DNA of 64,000 bases from Candidatus Hermodarchaeum yapensis (GTDB lineage Archaea; Asgardarchaeota; Hermodarchaeia; Hermodarchaeales; Hermodarchaeaceae), in the NCBI GenBank assembly GCA_016840405.1, contig JAEOSK010000006.1:37260-101259 (forward strand). The letters run 5' to 3'. The notes beneath the pieces were generated by a model. It was not told the origin of the DNA. It made no database searches and was given only the letters and a program-made list of their open reading frames with translations. The stretch's first letter is position 1. Each line of letters opens with the position of its first letter. Below, piece by piece: positions 28,375 to 37,803 of the stretch. The position numbers were made by a program, and so were the translations under genes.

Positions 28375-29280
28375 ATGGACACTGAGAAGTCGGGTACAAT
28401 CTTCATACTCATTGGTCTGACAGTGTATGGAATTCATCCAATCATAGTCGAATTTGGAGGGATGGTTGTTGCTCCCCTTATCTTTGCATCAACAGCAGCG
28501 CTAATTGCAGGATGTGTTGCACTTATTTTGGCAAGAAGGACAACACCCCCGATAAATAGGGACATTTCACGATCTGATATGAAACGACTGGTGACGGCAG
28601 GTGTTCTGGGAACATTCCTTGCCTTTGCTTGCTTCTTTGTTGGATTACAATTGACAAGTAGTAATAATGCGGCGGTTATTCTTCGATCCGAGTTGGTGTT
28701 TGCCTTATTGTTTGGTTATCTCTTTCTTGACGAAACGATCTCCAAGCGCCAAGCCGCGTTGATGACATTAATGCTTGGAGGAGTATTGCTCGTTTTGGCG
28801 ACGACACAATTATCAACAATAGGTTTTGGAGATATTCTCATCCTTATCACTCCCCTTGCATGGGCTGCAGGACACACCTTTGCAAAACCAACCTTGCAAC
28901 GAGTTGCCACGTGGACTGTAGTAACTTATCGGAATCTTGTTGGGGGAACTTTGCTTCTCCTTCTCGCAGGAATCTTACTTTGGCTCGGAGCGCCCATAAT
29001 CCTTGTTCCTAATTTATGGCTAGTTGTTTGTGTGATTCTCGTTGAAGCCATTGTAATTCTTTTAGCCCATGGTCTTTGGTATGAAGGCATTAGTCGTATC
29101 AACCTCGGAAAGGCAACGGCTTTGATTGCTCCAGCACCTTTGGTAACATTCCTGTTATCTATCTTGATTTTTCAAATTCCTCCGACGATATGGCAACTTC
29201 TCGGAGCATTGATTGTGATTATATCAACAATCCTCCTCAGTCGAGAGGTCAGCTTACGTCGTAATAGCGACTCGCTTTGA
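28375..29280 (+). CDS. DMT/EamA family transporter
   Basis: About 10 TM helices, GLQLT...NAA, FL.E. Confidence 0.85.
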   Translation: MDTEKSGTIFILIGLTVYGIHPIIVEFGGMVVAPLIFASTAALIAGCVALILARRTTPPINRDISRSDMKRLVTAGVLGTFLAFACFFVGLQLTSSNNAAVILRSELVFALLFGYLFLDETISKRQAALMTLMLGGVLLVLATTQLSTIGFGDILILITPLAWAAGHTFAKPTLQRVATWTVVTYRNLVGGTLLLLLAGILLWLGAPIILVPNLWLVVCVILVEAIVILLAHGLWYEGISRINLGKATALIAPAPLVTFLLSILIFQIPPTIWQLLGALIVIISTILLSREVSLRRNSDSL

Positions 29281-29360
29281 ATTAGAGAAAACAAAGATCT
29301 ATTTAGAAAGATAGAAAACTGTCTACTAATTTTACTCTGAAATATTTAATGTGATAGAGC

Positions 29361-30026
29361 TTAGAGAAGCATGATGTTGTTCAAGTCATCTACCCGGAGC
29401 TTTCCAATCCGTCCCGCCGTTTCGATAACTTGCTTCAGCTCCTTTTGATCTACATCTAATGTAAAGTATTTCTTGAGCCCTTGAGTGATGTCTTTGATGC
29501 TGAGTGAACGGTTTTTATCACCATCAAAGAGTTTGATGGTAAGATTGCGAAGGTCTTCGAAGCGGTTCCAAAACCAAATGAACCAAATCCAGTCGCTTTC
29601 TTTCACTGTATAGTAGTCGGGTTCGATTTCAGAGACTGTTAGATAGAGCATGACAGCGAGTTTGGCTTCTTTAGCTCCCAAATCATTGACATACTTTAGA
29701 GTTTGAACAGCTGAACGCCCTGTGTCGACAATATCATCGATAACGAGTACGCGCTGCCCTTTTACGGGGAGGGGAGAGCGAACTGGTATGACTGCGTCTT
29801 CCTGATGTTCGGCTGTGGTGTCTAGCCAGTGTTCGACTTTGAGGGCATATAGGTTGGGGTTCCCCATGAAGTCTGACATTAAGCGTCCGGGAACAAAACC
29901 ACTTCGAGCAATTGCCAAGAGAAGGTCCGGTTCGTATCCTGAATCGGTTACCTTGAAGGCAAGCTTTTTCGAATAATCATAGATTTCGTCATAACTGACG
30001 AATTGACATTTTATTGCTTCAACCAT
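29361..30026 (-). CDS. Type I phosphoribosyltransferase (purine PRT-like)
   Basis: AIARSG, VLVIDDIVDTGRS, PDYY, WI.F.W. Confidence 0.88.
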   Translation of the reverse strand: MVEAIKCQFVSYDEIYDYSKKLAFKVTDSGYEPDLLLAIARSGFVPGRLMSDFMGNPNLYALKVEHWLDTTAEHQEDAVIPVRSPLPVKGQRVLVIDDIVDTGRSAVQTLKYVNDLGAKEAKLAVMLYLTVSEIEPDYYTVKESDWIWFIWFWNRFEDLRNLTIKLFDGDKNRSLSIKDITQGLKKYFTLDVDQKELKQVIETAGRIGKLRVDDLNNIMLL

Positions 30027-30107
30027 GAGACACAGCTCCTACTGAGCGTGCACGAGCCAAAAAGGTGGCACTTCCATAAAAGTGTCTAGCCCATCTACTT
30101 GGTGCAT

Positions 30108-31106
30108 TCAATCCTTCAGGTAGGAACGTAATACACGAAGGGCTCGAAGTGTTATCCATTTGGAGGGTTTTCCCTTCTTCTCAATGTCATGCCAGAATTT
30201 TCCGTTGAATGTGTGTTTGAGTAACCATTTGCCATCAGATTGTTGTGTTTTCAAGACGATGTTAATTGATTCGTCCATTCGGGGATCTTTGACACCTAGA
30301 CGGGTGAGTGTGTCAAGGACTTCGAGGATATCTGAGTTATAGAAAAGTGGGAACCCAAACCGTTTCCAACCCGCCTTCTCCTTACGAGTGCCATCGGGAT
30401 GTCTGAGATATTTGAAAATTTGATTTTCAAAGATGAGTTCAACAATTTGATCGATAATTGCATTGATCCGTTTTGAACGGTATTGATTGGGAAAAGTGGA
30501 GAATGCTTTCAGCACTTTGCACAGCCCCATGTAGCATAACTGTGGGAAAACTGTCTCAGCATTTATGGGATAAGCGCGACACTTCCATCCAACTTGTGTA
30601 TCATCATAGTGATCGAGAAGGAAGTGGACTGTCTTTTGTGTTCGGGGGTCATCCAGATAACCAAAATGTGTTAGGTAGTAGAGGATGTTTGCATCAAGGC
30701 AACATGTATCACTGACTGTGCTAGCATATCCCCGGTCGGTTTTGGGGCGTACAGTAGTAAAGTGACCTGAATTGAGTTGGAAGGTGAAGAGCTGCTCAAT
30801 TCCACGTTCAATAGCTGGTAATCGTTTTATTCCGAATTCAGCCAGAATAAGAAGAGAGTGAGTCGTAGCAGTGTATTTATTCGCGTAGATATGTTCTGGC
30901 TTCGCCCAATACCCTTCGGGATATTGGGCATTAAGAATGGCCTGAACCTCAGGAGATTGAGGGATAGCATCCTGAGCAGTCAGAACTTCAGAATCCGTAG
31001 GAGACAAATTCTTGAGATGTTGTAAGGCCCAAAACCGAACGCTAGGGGTTTCTGAATCTAGAAGCCACTCGATTACTTCGGGACGGGCTATGTCGTGATA
31101 AATCAT
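30108..31106 (-). CDS. Alpha/alpha-toroid (prenyltransferase/squalene cyclase repeat-like) protein
   Basis: Q.PEGYW, Q..DGKW repeats, FGFP.FY..D.LE, KPSKWITL. Confidence 0.7.
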   Translation of the reverse strand: MIYHDIARPEVIEWLLDSETPSVRFWALQHLKNLSPTDSEVLTAQDAIPQSPEVQAILNAQYPEGYWAKPEHIYANKYTATTHSLLILAEFGIKRLPAIERGIEQLFTFQLNSGHFTTVRPKTDRGYASTVSDTCCLDANILYYLTHFGYLDDPRTQKTVHFLLDHYDDTQVGWKCRAYPINAETVFPQLCYMGLCKVLKAFSTFPNQYRSKRINAIIDQIVELIFENQIFKYLRHPDGTRKEKAGWKRFGFPLFYNSDILEVLDTLTRLGVKDPRMDESINIVLKTQQSDGKWLLKHTFNGKFWHDIEKKGKPSKWITLRALRVLRSYLKD

Positions 31107-31216
31107 AGTTTTAAAATCATGTCCAAGAGGATAAAAAGGTGTGAGAAGGGGAATTACGGAGTCAGTATACTTGAGGACAAACATTCCAGGCAGTGACGGA
31201 ATAAGGTATAGATGAG

Positions 31217-32029
31217 CTAGACCGCGCCCTCTAAAGCCTTGTCACAATTGCACTTGTCCTGGGTTTCAGACATATTGGGAATGACTTCGTTGAGGAGTTT
31301 TTTGACTTTGCCGAGATTTTCACCCATGGTTTTTTGGACTTCCTCGTGGCTGACTGGTTTCTCAGCATACACGTCATAGTCGGTGATCATGGAAACATTG
31401 GTGAAGCAGAGTTGAGCCTCACGTGCAAGGTACACTTCGGGGTGTAGAGTCATACCAATGATATGGAAACCTTGAGATCGGTAGAATCGTGACTCCGCCT
31501 TCGTTGAGAATTGGGGTCCTTCAATCGTGATGAGTGTGCCTTTATGGTGATAAGGTAGTTTGAGGGCTTTGGCTTTGCTGGCGATGAAATTTGAGAGGTC
31601 AGGACAGAAGGGTTCGGCAACAGACACATGAGCGACTGTACCTTCTTCAAAGAAAGTACGTTTGCGGCTTCGGGTCCAATCAAAAGCTTGGTCAGGAATA
31701 AAGAGGTCACCCGGTTTGATTTCGTCTTGAAGGCTGCCAACGGCTGAAACCGTGATAAGACGTTTGACACCGAGTGATTTGAGAGCCCAAATGTTAGCTC
31801 GATAGTTAACTAGGTGTGGAGGGTAGGAGTGGGCGCGACCGTGACGAGGGATGAAGGCGACACGTCGGTTTTTGAGTGTCCCAATCATAACTTTGTCAGA
31901 GGGAGCTCCGAAAGGTGTGTAAATCTTGAATTCCTTAATTTCGGTGAACACTTCAGGGTCATAAACACCAGTACCACCGATCATACCAATGGTGACTTTT
32001 TCAGGTGATTTGACAAGCATTTCTCTCAC
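31217..32029 (-). CDS. mtnP: S-methyl-5'-thioadenosine phosphorylase
   Basis: IGGTG, TPFG.PS, PRHG..H, YRANIWAL, EGPQFSTKAES, GMT, TDYD. Confidence 0.92.
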   Translation of the reverse strand: MREMLVKSPEKVTIGMIGGTGVYDPEVFTEIKEFKIYTPFGAPSDKVMIGTLKNRRVAFIPRHGRAHSYPPHLVNYRANIWALKSLGVKRLITVSAVGSLQDEIKPGDLFIPDQAFDWTRSRKRTFFEEGTVAHVSVAEPFCPDLSNFIASKAKALKLPYHHKGTLITIEGPQFSTKAESRFYRSQGFHIIGMTLHPEVYLAREAQLCFTNVSMITDYDVYAEKPVSHEEVQKTMGENLGKVKKLLNEVIPNMSETQDKCNCDKALEGAV

Positions 32030-32122
32030 TTATATTGTTGAATGATTTCGTAAACGTGAAAGGGGTATCGGGTTCTGCTCTTAAGTCTGTATGGTTGGCT
32101 TCAAGTGGTTAAGCGCAGAGTA

Positions 32123-32587
32123 TTAAGAGACTTTTTCGAGTTGTACTTCACCATAAAGTTTGAAGTCCTCTCCCTTCTTTGCCTGTTCCAACCCTTCTAA
32201 AATCTGAGTGGGAGAAACTTTGGTAATAAATGAGCACCAGCGCGTTCCTTTAAATTGTGTAGGAAGAGGTTCGAACGTTATATCGAAGCGGAGTGCAGTA
32301 GAAGAGTGTTCATAGGAGACTTCATTGGTAACGAACCCATATGAGAAGAATGATTTTCTTCGAAACACCTTGTTGAGAACATCAAAGAAGAGTACAGAAA
32401 TTTCTTGATTGATAATTTTGTCATTCTGTTTGGTTTCATATATTCCCATGATGGCCCTCCTACCTAATTCCAGAGTAAGCTTAATGATGCTTTCTAATTC
32501 GCCTGTTTCACCAAACTGATCTGTTGATCTGCCCTTCCATTGTCCAATCAAGAAGTGCCAGTCCTCAAGAGGGGAATCTGTTGTCAT
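32123..32587 (-). CDS. Hypothetical beta-barrel (DUF1579/lipocalin-like) protein
   Basis: FLIGQWKG N-terminal motif; ATG 32587 preferred. Confidence 0.5.
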   Translation of the reverse strand: MTTDSPLEDWHFLIGQWKGRSTDQFGETGELESIIKLTLELGRRAIMGIYETKQNDKIINQEISVLFFDVLNKVFRRKSFFSYGFVTNEVSYEHSSTALRFDITFEPLPTQFKGTRWCSFITKVSPTQILEGLEQAKKGEDFKLYGEVQLEKVS

Positions 32588-32739
32588 GATTTGCCACCGG
32601 ACAGTTCTATCGTTATTGGCAGGCACACTGCATGGCAAACGATAAAGGTCTTTGGAAATGCCGAAACCTACCCAATTAATAACCATTAGATTGTCTAAGG
32701 AGTCAAGCACTGCTGTGAATCCTGAGTTGGTGGTTTTTT

Positions 32740-33180
32740 ATGTCGCGTGACCGTGAACTTGAATTGGAATCCGAACTGCGTGGACGAACCCTTCGAGTTT
32801 ATTTTGAAATGTTATCTGTACGGGGAGCAATCGGACCGCGTGAATTACAACGGAAGCTAAGTTTGTCTTCTCCCAGCCTGGCAGCGTATCATCTGGATAA
32901 ATTAGTTGAGTTGGGTCTCGTTCAACGAGAGCGGGGAGAGTATTCCGTTGAGGAAGTGGTTCAGGTTGGAGTCTTAAAGCAGTTCATTTGGATAGGTCGA
33001 CGGGGATTACCACGTCACCTCTTCTATGCGGCGTTCTTCACGGGAGCATTGATCACCTATATGGTGCTATACCCACAATACCTGACTTTCGCGAATGTGG
33101 CTGCATGGCTCTTCGGATTTAGCGCTATGGGGTTGTTGTGGTATGAAACATGGCGATCCCTTCGAGATGTACCGAAATGA
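32740..33180 (+). CDS. Winged-helix regulator with two C-terminal TM helices
   Basis: GPRELQRKL.LSSPSLA.YHL.KL..LGLV; hydrophobic C-terminus. Confidence 0.8.
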   Translation: MSRDRELELESELRGRTLRVYFEMLSVRGAIGPRELQRKLSLSSPSLAAYHLDKLVELGLVQRERGEYSVEEVVQVGVLKQFIWIGRRGLPRHLFYAAFFTGALITYMVLYPQYLTFANVAAWLFGFSAMGLLWYETWRSLRDVPK

Positions 33181-33236
33181 GGTGTTCTAAAACGTAGTCT
33201 AATAACCTACACCTACCACATTATAGGTGAACAATC

Positions 33237-33554
33237 GTGTCGACACAAACATCAAAAAAACGGAACCGGCGACGTGAACTTTACTTAATTGCTGGATTAG
33301 TGGTCGGTATATGTCTCATGATTACACCAGTTCTTTTTCATGCAACAATGGGTTCCCTATCCCCATTCACACGGGTTTACTCGGAAGGCGAATTCTGGGC
33401 TTCCGGGACAATTGTCACTCCTTTAGATGTGATCATCGAGCTGTTTTGGTTAGTTGTCCCGATAATTTTTCTGATTATTGTTCTCTATGTTTTAGGCGGA
33501 CGCCGGACGCGTTGGGCGGGATATGATGAAGCCGTCAAATTGACCCGTCGTTAA
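33237..33554 (+). CDS. Small 2-TM membrane protein
   Basis: GGTGA RBS before GTG; two hydrophobic helices. Confidence 0.6.
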   Translation: MSTQTSKKRNRRRELYLIAGLVVGICLMITPVLFHATMGSLSPFTRVYSEGEFWASGTIVTPLDVIIELFWLVVPIIFLIIVLYVLGGRRTRWAGYDEAVKLTRR

Positions 33555-33691
33555 AAGCGTCTTATGGTAGAGCCAGTGCTTAAGAGCATTTAAGAGGCAT
33601 AAATTGGTCAGAGCAGTACTAAGGCAAAAACACGTGATTATGAAAATATCCAAGAGATATCGTGATATCTAGTTTAGTGAGAGTATGGGTT

Positions 33692-35476
33692 ATGCGAATG
33701 ACAGCATCTGAACTTCGGAAGCGCTACATTCAGTTCTTCAAAGAAAAGGACCATGCTGTTATTCCTTCAGCCTCACTAATTCCACAACTGGACCCAACTG
33801 TTCTATTCATGAGTGCGGGCATGCAACCACTTGTGCCTTTCCTCCTTGGTCAACCCCATCCCCAAGGCACTCGATTAGTCAATGTGCAAAAGTGTATTCG
33901 AACAGATGATATTGATGAAGTAGGAGATACTTTCCATCTCACCTTTTTTGAAATGCTGGGCAATTGGTCATTGGGTGATTATTGGAAACGTGAAGCTATC
34001 GAAATGGCAATGGAATTTCTCACAAACCCAAAAACCGGGCTAGGATTGAAGAAACAGATTTTACACATTACTGTCTTTGAAGGTGATGATCAGGTCCCTT
34101 TCGACGAAGAAGCCGCCAGTGTGTGGGAAGAGCTTGGAATTTCTCGTGATCAAATTCACCCACTCCCATACAAAGATAATTGGTGGGCTCTCGGGGATAC
34201 AGGACCACAGGGACCTGACACCGAGATTTTCGTTGATATTGGTACACCACTATGTTCTGATGAGTGCCGTCCAGGTTGCGGATGCGAGAAGTTTGTTGAA
34301 ATCTGGAATCTCGTCTTTATGAGTTATGATCGATCTGAAGATGGAACACTTACACCACTGGAAAAGAAGAATATCGATACGGGCATGGGGCTAGAACGTG
34401 CCCTCCAAGTCCTCAACAAACTACCCAGCGTATTTGAGACCGGTGTGTTCAAGCCGATAATGGATAAAATTCGTGAAATCACAAAGATTTCTGATTCTAC
34501 ACCAGAACAGATGCGATCAATGCGTATTATTGCTGATCACATCCGTTCAGCAGTGATGGCACTAGCAGATGACCAAGGACTTGTCCCATCGAATGTGGAA
34601 CGGGGATATGTCATACGCCGCTTACTTCGAGTTGCCATTCGGCAAGGTCTCCAGCTTGGCATCGAAGACTATTTTCTCAAGCAAATCGTTCCAGAAGTCT
34701 TTGACATACTAGGAAAGGAATACGATGAGCTCCTGAGAAACAAGACACATGTTCTTAATGAAATTGAAAAGGAAGAGAAACGATTCCGTACGACGGTTCG
34801 TCGAGGTCTCCGGATTGCAGAGCGGACGCTGAAAGAAAAAGGCATTCTAACCGGAAAAGATGCGTTCATGTTATTTGCGACCTATGGCTTCCCCATCGAA
34901 ATGACCGTTCAGATTGCTGAAGAGAATGGCCAGAAAGTCGACTTGGATGAATTTCGAAAGGAGTTTGAAAAGCATCAACAAATTTCCCGTGATGCAACGC
35001 AACACCGTTTTACGAGCGGATTGGCGGATCATTCAGAAGAAGTTATCCAGCTTCATACGGCAACCCATTTACTTCATACTGCGCTACATCGTTTCATTGG
35101 ATCTTCTGTTTATCAGAAGGGCAGCAATATTACCAAAGAACGATTGCGATTGGATGTTCAGTTAAATCGCAAATTAACTCCTGAGGAATTACAGCAAATT
35201 GAAGAATGGGTTAACAAGATAATTCAACGTGATTTACCCGTTACTTTTGAAACCATGACTCCAGAAGAAGCCCAAAAACAAGGCGCTTTAGGTTTCTTCG
35301 GGGAAAAATATGGAGAACATGTCAAGGTCTATTCAGTGGGGGATGTCTCTAAAGAAATCTGTAGTGGACCTCATGTTGAAAATACTGGTCTTCTAGGCAC
35401 GTTTCGTGTCGTAAAACAGAAACGAATCGGTGCTGATACGCTTCGCTTACGAGCCGTACTAGAACAGAAAGACTAG
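33692..35476 (+). CDS. alaS: Alanine--tRNA ligase, short form without C-Ala domain
   Basis: SAGMQP, QKCIRTDD, HLTFFEMLGNWS, EIWNLVF, DTGMGLER, HTATH, CSGPH. Confidence 0.95.
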   Translation: MRMTASELRKRYIQFFKEKDHAVIPSASLIPQLDPTVLFMSAGMQPLVPFLLGQPHPQGTRLVNVQKCIRTDDIDEVGDTFHLTFFEMLGNWSLGDYWKREAIEMAMEFLTNPKTGLGLKKQILHITVFEGDDQVPFDEEAASVWEELGISRDQIHPLPYKDNWWALGDTGPQGPDTEIFVDIGTPLCSDECRPGCGCEKFVEIWNLVFMSYDRSEDGTLTPLEKKNIDTGMGLERALQVLNKLPSVFETGVFKPIMDKIREITKISDSTPEQMRSMRIIADHIRSAVMALADDQGLVPSNVERGYVIRRLLRVAIRQGLQLGIEDYFLKQIVPEVFDILGKEYDELLRNKTHVLNEIEKEEKRFRTTVRRGLRIAERTLKEKGILTGKDAFMLFATYGFPIEMTVQIAEENGQKVDLDEFRKEFEKHQQISRDATQHRFTSGLADHSEEVIQLHTATHLLHTALHRFIGSSVYQKGSNITKERLRLDVQLNRKLTPEELQQIEEWVNKIIQRDLPVTFETMTPEEAQKQGALGFFGEKYGEHVKVYSVGDVSKEICSGPHVENTGLLGTFRVVKQKRIGADTLRLRAVLEQKD

Positions 35477-35504
35477 CACATGGTTAACATGTTGTGAGTG
35501 ATTT

Positions 35505-35999
35505 TCAAGATAAAGCGTCTTTCTTTTCTAAGGGAAGCGGCATAATGTACATTTGGGAGATATACTGGGAACCTCCACAGGCACAAGTTCCTGCTTTCTT
35601 GAAAACAAAATCGTCCTTTTCCCAAATCCGTTCACTAGTGCGGCCACACTCATCACATTGAAGCTTAACTACGACTCCAATTTTCCTGTATTCAAGAATA
35701 TAGCGGTTGAGACGAGCATTAACAGTTCCCGCAATGCCATAGATAACCATGGATAAAACAAAAGTGAGCATCAGTAGATAGTAAAACCATTGAGGTAAAG
35801 GAAAGCCAGAACCTGTTAGGATCAGGGGAATATATGTCATATACATAAGAATACCTAATTCAATCATGAGTGAAACAAGTAGTGCTGAAGAGATGAGCCC
35901 CATGATTCGACTTGTTCGTGCATACGATTGGATACGCTGAACTAGCCTACGAACATGATCAATGGTGGGTTTGGGTTCTTGCCATGGTTCTACTGTCAT
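35505..35999 (-). CDS. 2-TM membrane protein with C-terminal Zn-ribbon
   Basis: CDECG...DFVFK...CACGG. Confidence 0.65.
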   Translation of the reverse strand: MTVEPWQEPKPTIDHVRRLVQRIQSYARTSRIMGLISSALLVSLMIELGILMYMTYIPLILTGSGFPLPQWFYYLLMLTFVLSMVIYGIAGTVNARLNRYILEYRKIGVVVKLQCDECGRTSERIWEKDDFVFKKAGTCACGGSQYISQMYIMPLPLEKKDALS

Positions 36000-36117
36000 T
36001 CTTCGTCATGGGGGCAAAGTAAACGAAGGCTTAAAAGACTTCCGAAGCTGCACCTAGTCCAAGGAGCCCTACTTTGTGATGAATCCACAGAAGAGAGTAA
36101 ATATTGACGAAAAAGCT

Positions 36118-36540
36118 ATGAAATCTGATTCTCCTGTTTTAGCAGTTGATGCCGTTATTCAATTGGAGGATGGAAACATCATTTTCATTCAACGACAGAA
36201 CCCCCCGTTTCAAGGACAATGGGCACTACCTGGAGGACAAGTGGAAGTCGGCGAATCTGTGGAAGAAGCAATTATCCGAGAAGTCAAAGAAGAAACAGGA
36301 TTGAAAGTTAAGATTGATCGTCTTATTGGCGTCTTCTCAGATCCTCAGCGAGACCCACGCGGTCACACAGTGAGTATTGCTTATTTTGTCTATCCTATAG
36401 GCGGAGAACTATCAGCAGGAAGCGATGCATCACGGGTAGCATCTTTTCGTGAACCACCTGACAACCTTGCTTTTGATCATGAAAGTATACTCCAAGCAGC
36501 AGGCATTGTGAAGGGTGGAGAGGACCGCAAAACTGGTTGA
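36118..36540 (+). CDS. NUDIX hydrolase
   Basis: WALPGG.VEVGE..EEA..REVKEETGL, RDPRGH, AFDH. Confidence 0.92.
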   Translation: MKSDSPVLAVDAVIQLEDGNIIFIQRQNPPFQGQWALPGGQVEVGESVEEAIIREVKEETGLKVKIDRLIGVFSDPQRDPRGHTVSIAYFVYPIGGELSAGSDASRVASFREPPDNLAFDHESILQAAGIVKGGEDRKTG

Positions 36541-36634
36541 GTAGGCGAGTAGAGCTCAACAAAGTTTATATGTAAGCCGATTACACTCTAGCTTGCAGAA
36601 CCCCATCTGCTACGGATGGCGGGGTGTAGCAAGA

Positions 36635-37267
36635 ATGTCAGGCACAGACAAAGAAGCCATTCTGATTCGTGTTTCTGAATTCCTTTCAAAATCAGTAAAC
36701 GAGTTAGCTGACGCACTCAACGAAATTGCCAAACAGGTTACAGAATTTCAATCGAGCCTGAAGAAAATTCGGAGTGACCTAAAGACTGCTGAAGTCACCC
36801 CAATGGCTGCGGCTAGTACACCATTGCTAGCCGTGGAAGCACCTACGGCTGGTCCGACAACCGACAGCCTTTTTGATTTCTTAGAAGGTGATACCGCCGC
36901 CATGGCCACAGCAGAATCAGGTGATGTTGCCGAATCGATTCTTCTCGGTGAACCAACACCTCCAGCTGCAACTGCCCCACCAGCTGCTCCAACAACAGCA
37001 CCACCTAAAGGCCCTCCAACGGGTCCACCATCAGCACCTCCCAAGGCGCCTCCAACAGGACCTCCAAAAGCCCCACCCAGTGCGCCGCCATCAGCTGCAC
37101 CTAGTGCTCCGCCTGCAGCTCCACCTGCAGCTCCAACAACCGCGCCTTCAGCAGGACCCCCACCAGCTGCTGCCCCTGCTGCTGCCGCACCGGCCAGTGG
37201 CATAGCTGGTCTAAGAAACGAAATGATGGCAGAGATCAAGCGCATCAAAGAAATCTTCGAGACCTAA
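36635..37267 (+). CDS. Coiled-coil + Pro/Ala-rich low-complexity protein with C-terminal amphipathic helix
   Basis: Heptad N-terminus, tandem (A/G)PPx repeats, C-terminal GLRNEMMAEIKRIK. Confidence 0.75.
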   Translation: MSGTDKEAILIRVSEFLSKSVNELADALNEIAKQVTEFQSSLKKIRSDLKTAEVTPMAAASTPLLAVEAPTAGPTTDSLFDFLEGDTAAMATAESGDVAESILLGEPTPPAATAPPAAPTTAPPKGPPTGPPSAPPKAPPTGPPKAPPSAPPSAAPSAPPAAPPAAPTTAPSAGPPPAAAPAAAAPASGIAGLRNEMMAEIKRIKEIFET

Positions 37268-37420
37268 GCGCTTACTCATTCAGAATTTTCTATTAATTTT
37301 TACCAATTAGAGTAGATTCTCTATCCAAGAAATGTATTTTGACCTCTATTATCACTTGTTGGATGCGAGGAATAGAAGACGGAAAAATGGAGAAGCAGGG
37401 TTAGCACAAAAAAATGAACC

Positions 37421-37693
37421 CTATGTGGACAAGCGCCAAATTGTATCATTGGCAATGATGAAGAATGTTTCATCCTTATAGATTACAAGGGCGTGGTGAT
37501 ATTTCGCCACTGCCAGAAAGGTCTTAATCTTCGTCTCCTCGCCATCGCGATATTTCATATCAACTGTTCCGCCAACAGAGCCCTTGTTGATTCCGAGCCT
37601 GTCAATTGCACGCTCATCCACAATGGGGATCTTGAGGGTTTTGGCCTCGTTGTAAACAGCTTGGCGGAAGGCACTTACTGTGGATTTTGACAT
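37421..37693 (-). CDS. Small hypothetical protein
   Basis: GGAG upstream, TATA-like TATATG, T-tract after stop. Confidence 0.6.
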   Translation of the reverse strand: MSKSTVSAFRQAVYNEAKTLKIPIVDERAIDRLGINKGSVGGTVDMKYRDGEETKIKTFLAVAKYHHALVIYKDETFFIIANDTIWRLST

Positions 37694-37803
37694 GATTCTC
37701 TTCTCTCCGTAATCCGAAGTACAGGGACTAACCTGACTGTATGGATTTGGGCATATATAGGTTACGTCTTGACGGTGGAAAAGAGGAACTGATTAATATG
37801 CTC

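Noticed and set aside
30108-31106. Family I recall often being labelled NifH in automated annotations
   Set aside because: No P-loop or NifH Cys motifs; it shows alpha-toroid QW-like repeats
36543-36551. AGGCGAGT match to the cassette repeat border after the NUDIX gene
   Set aside because: Only 8-9 nt, expected by chance
36748-37248. Gly/Ala-rich minus-strand ORF and Gln/His-rich alternative frame
   Set aside because: Shadows of the Pro/Ala-rich plus-strand gene
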